A model generated the notes under the pieces. The model ran no database searches. It saw only the letters and a program-made list of their open reading frames with translations, and was not told where the DNA came from. DNA of 63,308 bases, filler included. It is 6 parts of 6 records of this genome, joined end to end, with 100 filler letters (N's around TTAATTAATTAA, not from the genome) between each part and the next. Parts side by side here need not be neighbours in the genome. Positions count along the whole stretch, not along the records: positions 53,288 to 59,867 come from SRR20825010_2818; positions 59,968 to 63,308 come from SRR20825010_2833; 4 more parts are not named here. One strand, written 5' to 3'. This document shows positions 59,127-63,308 of the stretch, one piece after another. Numbering within the stretch: the first letter of the stretch is position 1; the number at the start of each line of letters is the position of its first letter. Made by a program: the position numbers and the translations under genes.

Positions 59127-59680
59127 CAATCAAACTTTAAAATAGCTTCTTTAAAACTAGGCAATTGTCTGTCTTTTTCTGATAAGACAACTTCTGAATC
59201 TGGGATTTGCCAATCAATATTAAGGGTCTTGTCATTATAAATAATTCCTCCTTCAGCTTCCTTATTATAAAAATTGTCACATTTATAGAAAAACTCTGCT
59301 GTTTCACTTAGCGCTACAAAACCATGTGCAAATCCTCTTGGAATAAATAATTGCTTTTTATTTTCTGCGGAAAGCTCTAACACAACATGCTCCCCAAAAG
59401 TAGCTGAATCTTTACGGATGTCTACCGCTACATCGAGCACTTTCCCTTGTAAAACTCGTACTAATTTTGCTTGTGCGTATACACCAACTTGGTAATGTAG
59501 CGCTCTTACCGCTCCTCTTTTTGATAAAGACTGATTGTCTTGCACAAAGTTAACCTCTTCTCCAATAGCCTTGTTAAATTGATTTTTATTAAAACTCTCG
59601 AAAAAGTACCCCCTCTCATCTTGAAAAAGACGAGGTTCTATAATAAAACAACCTTTTAATTTCGTTTCTGTAATCTTCAT
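59126..59680 (-). CDS. rfbC: dTDP-4-dehydrorhamnose 3,5-epimerase
   Basis: DERGYFFESF, FVQDNQS, QAKLVRV, PRGFAHGF, YKCDNFY. Confidence 0.97.
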   Translation of the reverse strand: MKITETKLKGCFIIEPRLFQDERGYFFESFNKNQFNKAIGEEVNFVQDNQSLSKRGAVRALHYQVGVYAQAKLVRVLQGKVLDVAVDIRKDSATFGEHVVLELSAENKKQLFIPRGFAHGFVALSETAEFFYKCDNFYNKEAEGGIIYNDKTLNIDWQIPDSEVVLSEKDRQLPSFKEAILKFD

Positions 59681-59867
59681 TTATTTTATTAGCGGTTATG
59701 CTGTTCTTGTTCCATTTTTAGTTAAACTATATGTTAGGCTGAGCGTACTGAAACCTCCTAATCAACCACCTCGTGACAAGCCTACAAGGTATTTAAAAGA
59801 AAATAATTCAACTCATCTAGACACAAAGCCCTTCAAGATACTCAGAACAGGCTCTGGGGAATAAAAC

Positions 59868-59967
59868 NNNNNNNNNNNNNNNNNNNNNNNNNNNNNNNNN
59901 NNNNNNNNNNNTTAATTAATTAANNNNNNNNNNNNNNNNNNNNNNNNNNNNNNNNNNNNNNNNNNNN
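59868..59967. other. artificial contig spacer
   Basis: N44-TTAATTAATTAA-N44. Confidence 0.99.
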
Positions 59968-60244
59968 GAAAATCCAGCTGTGCAATCTGCTCCGCCAGAA
60001 GGAGCGGATGATAGAGCGGCAGAACGAGGATCGACGTTCCAAATCGCAGACGCTCGGTCCGCGCCAGAATATCCGCCCCCAGCAGAAGCGTGGATGGATA
60101 GGGCAGCGTATCGCGGGAAAAGTGGAATTCATTGAACCAGATACCGTCGAAGCCAAGCGTATCGGCGCGTTCCACGAGGCGCATAAGATCGCAGTGATCG
60201 CCCAACACCCCTTCCCGAGCAAAACCAGCCAGATCAATGCGCAT
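59968..60244 (-). CDS. LLM-class flavin-dependent oxidoreductase, N-terminal part (truncated)
   Basis: AD.LGFDGIWFNEFHF, RTERLRFGTSILVLPLYHPL.LAEQIA.LD. Confidence 0.9.
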
Positions 60245-60414
60245 TCAGGACACCTGCCAGAACCAGACGACGAAATCCTGAAGTGTTCATATGAAATGAT
60301 ATAACATATCGAGTCAATTCGAACACGAAATGCCGCTTTATCGCCGGCAAGGCTGTGCCTGCATGCATTCTGATCCTCCTGCCGGCGCACCTCGTCCGGC
60401 GTTCATGGTCAATG

Positions 60415-60590
60415 CATGAGGCAGGTCTCCTGGCTCGCGGCTCGGACGTTCGCTCCGCCTTCCCGGCTCTGGCCAGTGGCATTGGAAAGAACTTGCCGCT
60501 TACAGTTGCGAGGGCAGCCCCGGGATTGATTCCGCAAGGAAATCGCACCGGGTTCCCTTTTCATCCGCAGGATGCGGAACCGCATGCGAA
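60415..60590 (-). ncRNA. cobalamin (AdoCbl) riboswitch
   Basis: Minus strand AAAAGGGAA-CCCGGTG...CCGGGGCTGCCCTCGCAACTGTAAGCGG...GCCACTGG..CCGGGAAGG...GAGCCAGGAGACCTGCC (B12 box). Confidence 0.93.
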
Positions 60591-60903
60591 AGCGACCCTA
60601 CCGGCGAAGCGCACGCAGCGCAACACACTCGACCTTCGGGATGATGCGGATTTTCCGACCGTACATTGTCAGCAGGCGCAGGCGGGATCTGCGTTATGTC
60701 ATAGAAACAACAGGGAACACTGGATTAAAGCGGGCCTGGATATCCCCGGCAGAATGGCCAATCGTCTTGTTCACACCGGTAACCAGGCTGCTTGAGTGCT
60801 GACAGCCGAACTGACCTACGCTTTCATAAACGCGATTGCGCACATCGTCACTGCCATAACCAGAGCCACCCAGAATCCAATTCGGGCAGCCACTGAGCCA
60901 GTA

Positions 60904-62526
60904 CTATTCTCGAGCGAGTTGCTCAAACAATATAGCGACAGCCTCCGCACCCGGATCGACATTTCCCTCCAGTTGCTGGGCGTTGATATAGGCAGACCGA
61001 CCAGCGCGCGCCTGCGCCATCGTGGCCGTTTCCTGCGCCCCGGCACGGGCTGCCTCAGCGGCAGCGGGAAGGCCGTTCTGCAGGGCTTCAAGGGCAGGTG
61101 CCAGCGCATCCACCATGGTGCGGTCACCCGGCCCTGCACCACCAATTTCCTGCATGCGCGCAAGCCCGGTTTTCAGCGCGGCCCCCATCGGCTCGCCGCT
61201 GGAGGCAGCATCACCCGCTGCCGCAAAGAAGATCGCCAGCAACACGCCCGATGAACCGCCCATGGTCTGGCTGAGTTCCTGACCCAGTGCGCGCAAAAGC
61301 TGCGTATGATCGGACAACGGCAATTGATCCATTCGATCCAGAAGAGCGCGGGCAGCACCGGCCAATGTCGAGCCCGTATCGCCATCGCCGGTCTTGGCAT
61401 CGAGCGCGTTCAACTTCGCCTCGGCTTCAATAAGCACATTGCAGCATCTGGTGAGAAATGCGCGTGTCGGGGCATGCTCGGATGGCAGTGGCTTTATCGG
61501 TTTCAACCCGTCGGGAAGCGGCACCACCGCAACGTCGGACAAGCCACGGACCCCCGGCCAGGCGGATATCTCCGTCGAGGCGCCAAGCAGGCGCATATTC
61601 TCTTTGGTCGCGGGCAGAACCGAGATGGAGAAGCCCCGCATATCGAGGGAGGTCATCATGGCCGCCGGCCCGACCATCGCTTCCAGCTTGCCACCGATCG
61701 AAGAGCGCGCCACCTCATGTGCCAGAACCCCCATTTCCAGCGCGGAGGTTCCACCGAGGTTGTTCAACAGCACCACATATCGATCCCCGGTCATGACAGA
61801 AGAGAGTTTTTGGCACATTGCATCAACCGCCACCCTCGCGTTATCGAACCTGACCTGCTCGACACCTGCCTCGCCATGAATGCCCAGTCCCAGCTCGGCC
61901 ATCCCGTCGGGAATACGGTCTTCCTTCGCGGCACCGGGCACCCGGCAGGTGTCAAGCGACATGCCTATGCTCTCTGCGCCCGCAATCACGCGTTCCGCTG
62001 CCTGCGTCACAGCATCGAGATCGGCTCCTTCTTCGGCCAGAGCGCCGGCAATCTTGTGCACAAACAGAGTGCCGGCAAGACCGCGCGCCTGCGGCAGATC
62101 CGGCAGGGCAATGTCGTCATCGACAATGACCATGGACACCTTGTGCCCGAAAGCACGGGCGCGCTCGACAGCCAGACCGAAATTGAGCCTGTCACCGGTA
62201 TAATTCTTTACGATCACGAGGCAGCCCGCCGGGCCCGTCACGGCAAGAATTCCTGCAAGAACCGCATCCACCGAAGGGGATGCAAAAACATCGCCGCAGA
62301 CCGCGGCGGTCAGCATCCCCTTTCCAACAAACCCGGCATGAGCCGGTTCATGTCCCGAGCCCCCTCCCGACACTAGCGCGACCCTGTCCTTTGTCCAGTC
62401 GCTGCGGACGACCACACGGATATGCGGATAGCCATCGAGCCGTGCCAGCTTTCCGCCAGACGCGGCCACAACACCATCCACCGCCTCGGTGACGACGTCT
62501 TCCTTGCGATTCAAGAACTGGGTCAT
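60904..62526 (-). CDS. dihydroxyacetone/triose kinase, fused DhaK-DhaL (DAK1-DAK2)
   Basis: SGGGSGHEPAH, KNYTGDRLNF, GLGIHGEAG, GDGDTG, GDRTMVDAL, DPGA. Confidence 0.93.
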   Translation of the reverse strand: MTQFLNRKEDVVTEAVDGVVAASGGKLARLDGYPHIRVVVRSDWTKDRVALVSGGGSGHEPAHAGFVGKGMLTAAVCGDVFASPSVDAVLAGILAVTGPAGCLVIVKNYTGDRLNFGLAVERARAFGHKVSMVIVDDDIALPDLPQARGLAGTLFVHKIAGALAEEGADLDAVTQAAERVIAGAESIGMSLDTCRVPGAAKEDRIPDGMAELGLGIHGEAGVEQVRFDNARVAVDAMCQKLSSVMTGDRYVVLLNNLGGTSALEMGVLAHEVARSSIGGKLEAMVGPAAMMTSLDMRGFSISVLPATKENMRLLGASTEISAWPGVRGLSDVAVVPLPDGLKPIKPLPSEHAPTRAFLTRCCNVLIEAEAKLNALDAKTGDGDTGSTLAGAARALLDRMDQLPLSDHTQLLRALGQELSQTMGGSSGVLLAIFFAAAGDAASSGEPMGAALKTGLARMQEIGGAGPGDRTMVDALAPALEALQNGLPAAAEAARAGAQETATMAQARAGRSAYINAQQLEGNVDPGAEAVAILFEQLARE

Positions 62527-62538
62527 GGACTGGTTCTC

Positions 62539-63308
62539 CTAAACGATGCGTGCGCCGGCGGCGTCGAAATAATAGGCGTTGCGGGGACGGATCTGCACCC
62601 TATCACCCGTTTTGAGCGGGGTGTGGGGATCCGTCACAGTGATGATTTCGTGCTGCTTGAAGTCGAGATGAAGGCGGGTCTGGTCGCCCAGCCGCTCAAC
62701 GCGAACCACCGAACCCTCTTCCCCTTCACCCTGCACGATGTGCTCCGGCCTCAGACCGATGGTCCTGGCCCCTTCGGGCGCGTCGGCGAAAACGGACGCC
62801 GGCAGAAGATTGATCCGCGGCTGACCAAGCCGCGTTGCCGCATAGATGCTGACCGGGCTCTCATAAACTTCTCTGGGTGAGCCGAACTGCACGAGCCGGC
62901 CCTGGTCAAGCACGCCGACATGGGTGGCCATGGTCATCGCCTCCACCTGATCGTGCGTCACATAGAGCAGGGTGGCGCCCGACTGCGCCTGAATGCGTTT
63001 CAACTCGATGCGCAATTCGGCCCGCAGCTTGGCATCGAGCGAGCTCAGTGGCTCATCCATCAGATAGATCGACGGATTGCGCACCAGAGCACGACCGATG
63101 GAAACACGCTGCATCTCTCCGCCCGAAAGCGCCGTCGCCCTGTTGTCGAGCTTGTGATCGATGCGTAGCACCTCGGCCACTTCCCGAACCTTGCGCTCAA
63201 TCTCGTCCTTTGGTGTGCGCAACAGGGGCGATTTCAGCGGGAACTCCAGGTTCTGGCGGACCGTGAGATGCGGGTAGAGCGAGTATTGCTGGAACACCAT
63301 TGCCACAT
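62539..63308 (-). CDS. carbohydrate ABC transporter ATP-binding protein (5' part outside the window)
   Basis: AMVFQQYSLYPH, LSGGEMQR, LMDEP, YVTHDQ, TOBE-like end GLRPEH. Confidence 0.93.
   Translation of the reverse strand, partial: VAMVFQQYSLYPHLTVRQNLEFPLKSPLLRTPKDEIERKVREVAEVLRIDHKLDNRATALSGGEMQRVSIGRALVRNPSIYLMDEPLSSLDAKLRAELRIELKRIQAQSGATLLYVTHDQVEAMTMATHVGVLDQGRLVQFGSPREVYESPVSIYAATRLGQPRINLLPASVFADAPEGARTIGLRPEHIVQGEGEEGSVVRVERLGDQTRLHLDFKQHEIITVTDPHTPLKTGDRVQIRPRNAYYFDAAGARIV

Noticed and set aside
60355-60802. ORFs overlapping the riboswitch region
   Set aside because: Explained by the structured RNA on the minus strand and its promoter region; no protein motifs
1-63308. CRISPR array, rRNA or tRNA genes
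   Set aside because: No regularly spaced repeat-spacer series, cas genes or recognisable structural RNA other than the riboswitch were seen by eye

Overview
This window is not one locus. It is six unrelated contig fragments joined by artificial 100-bp spacers (44 N + TTAATTAATTAA + 44 N). Taxonomic calls are inferred from composition and gene families only. (1) 1-19073, AT-rich Bacteroidota: an ABC permease, two PAS histidine kinase/receiver pairs, an M14 peptidase, and a co-oriented cluster resembling an uncharacterised chaperone/usher-type fimbrial system (chaperone-like, 927-aa usher-like, two pilin-like genes, plus the 3' end of a probable major subunit at the contig edge). The cluster ends in a stand-alone RNA polymerase alpha-CTD-like gene. 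(2) 19174-27427, betaproteobacterium-like: GGT-family enzyme, DedA-rhodanese, DUF4382 lipoprotein, ahpCF with an OxyR-type box, truncated haemoglobin. (3) 27528-47597, GC-rich alphaproteobacterium: ppa, ubiA, rsmE, gshA, an IorAB-like molybdoenzyme, uvrB, and accessory genes including a Cys-rich orphan. (4) 47698-53187, Bacteroidota Rhs polymorphic toxin locus: a putative His/Cys protease toxin tip, immunity and orphan modules, and an IS1-family transposase. (5) 53288-59867, Flavobacteriaceae-like polysaccharide locus (rmlC, rmlD, wecBC) running into sulfate activation genes (cysQ, cysC, cysD); a REP-like element appears to be translated inside rmlD. (6) 59968-63308, alphaproteobacterium: ABC ATPase, DhaK-DhaL fusion, and a cobalamin riboswitch in front of an LLM-class oxidoreductase. 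No rRNA, tRNA or CRISPR array was seen. All family assignments are from motif recognition by eye; no database search was run.
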